Shown here: piece by piece, positions 62,829 through 64,000 of the stretch | Position numbering within the stretch: position 1 is the stretch's first letter | Layout: each line of letters opens with the position of its first letter | Assembly (NCBI GenBank): GCA_963693365.1 | Contig: CAVNZM010000006.1 | Coordinates: 8,993,355-9,057,354, forward strand | Source: Amoebidium appalachense | Taxonomy: Eukaryota > Protista > Ichthyosporea | Length of the DNA stretch: 64,000 nucleotides | Direction: 5' to 3' | The notes under the pieces: generated by a model | What the model was told of the DNA's origin: nothing | The model's input: only the letters and a program-made list of their open reading frames with translations | Databases searched by the model: none | Translations under genes and position numbers: made by a program

Positions 62829-63314
62829 AAAAAAAAAAAAAACATCCCCCCCCCCCCCCCCCCCCCAGCTCCTCCCACAGATTTTACGACCCAGGCACTC
62901 AAATAATTCAAGGAATACGATGATAATAATGCGCAAGGATAAATTCATGGCAGGATGACCGTGACGAAGAATGTTGTGCTTGGGTGGAAGGCCTCAAGGT
63001 CCATTACCGTTGACGGCACCACGGAACTCTATGTTTGTCCTAAATAATGGCTTAAATAACACAGAGGAGACGCAAATATAGTTCTCGTTTATGCCAATTT
63101 TTTTGGTTCGTATTGTAAACTAGGTGCTCAACTTTGCCTCATCTTTCTTTTTCCACAATTGTTTCGTGTGTCTGTACACCGGATATTGCGGCGGTTGCTT
63201 GCATGCTGAAGGCAAGATCCGAAAAAGTGAGCGCACGACTATGATTGGCTAGCATCTCTTTTTTTGGCGGGAAAATAAGCCCCACAGATTGGTGAGCCTC
63301 CTGTCGTCACAATG

Positions 63315-63391
63315 CATGCATATATCAAATATAAACAATAAAAAAAAAGTAGGAATATTCCTACTTTTTTTATTGTTTTATAATATGCATG
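63315..63391. repeat. AT-rich inverted repeat (hairpin) upstream of PDS5
   Basis: aaacaataaaaaaaaagtaggaat|attcctacttttttttattgttt, extended by catgcatat / atatgcatg. Confidence 0.7.
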
Positions 63392-64000
63392 TTTTGCTTA
63401 TGTTGCATATTTACATGTTTGCTCTTGCATACCTGTGCCTACGGCCATGGGGGCATCTCAAAGCATAAAGAAGATGATCCCAATCCTTGAACAGATAGGT
63501 GTGTGTGTGATGTTAAAGTATGCAAACATCTGCCCTTCATTGGTGGGTGGGTGTCACAGTGGGTGGTAATGATTTAGATAGTATCATACCAGCGGGATTT
63601 CAAGCACCTTACGTACATGAGGCACATGATGCATATGTAGCCAAAACATGGTAGTAACTTTTCTTTTGACTCGGGTTTATTGATCGTTGATGAAGGCAAC
63701 GTGCAGCCACAGGCTACATAACCACCAATAGAACTGAAAAAGCCAAAGCTACGAAATAAAAATAAAGCGACAAGTGACAAAGGACACCAGCGGGCAAAAC
63801 CTTAAGTGTACGTGTATGCGTGAAACTAGTTTGCTCCAACTAGTCATATGCATCGATGTTGACCAGACCACACTCCGCAAGAAGACATCATTACTGCTCC
63901 TTCCCAACAGGCCCCCCTCAAAACCTACCGAGGCACAGCAAGCAAGTCAGCCTCTAAAAGAGCAATGCAGACCAATTCTGAGCTAAAAAACAATCCCAAC

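Overview
Intron-rich nuclear DNA from a eukaryote, probably a protist; the taxon cannot be determined from the sequence. Introns are GT-AG with several GC-AG cases, show clear CTAAC/CTGAC-type branch points, and are filled with poly-C/poly-G and (CA)n/(GT)n tracts, so most ORFs in the supplied track are spurious. Hand-built exon chains give five genes. (1) A partial unknown gene on the - strand running off the left edge. (2) and (4) Two diverged + strand paralogues with the architecture ankyrin repeats + Pro-rich linker + DEDDy (EXD1/Egalitarian/RNase D-like) 3'-5' exonuclease + Ycf45/SpoIIIAA-like P-loop NTPase, built entirely from phase-0 exons with about one ankyrin repeat per exon. (3) Between them, a disrupted proteinase K-like S8 subtilisin with four 1-nt deletions, two in-frame stops and a 505-bp retroposon insertion with a 15-bp target-site duplication. 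(5) A complete cohesin regulator PDS5 gene on the - strand. Fold-back/MITE-like elements, a dispersed repeat and tandemly duplicated splice sites also occur. The ankyrin-exonuclease-NTPase pair is the best candidate for an undescribed system. All family assignments come from recognised motifs, not from database searches.
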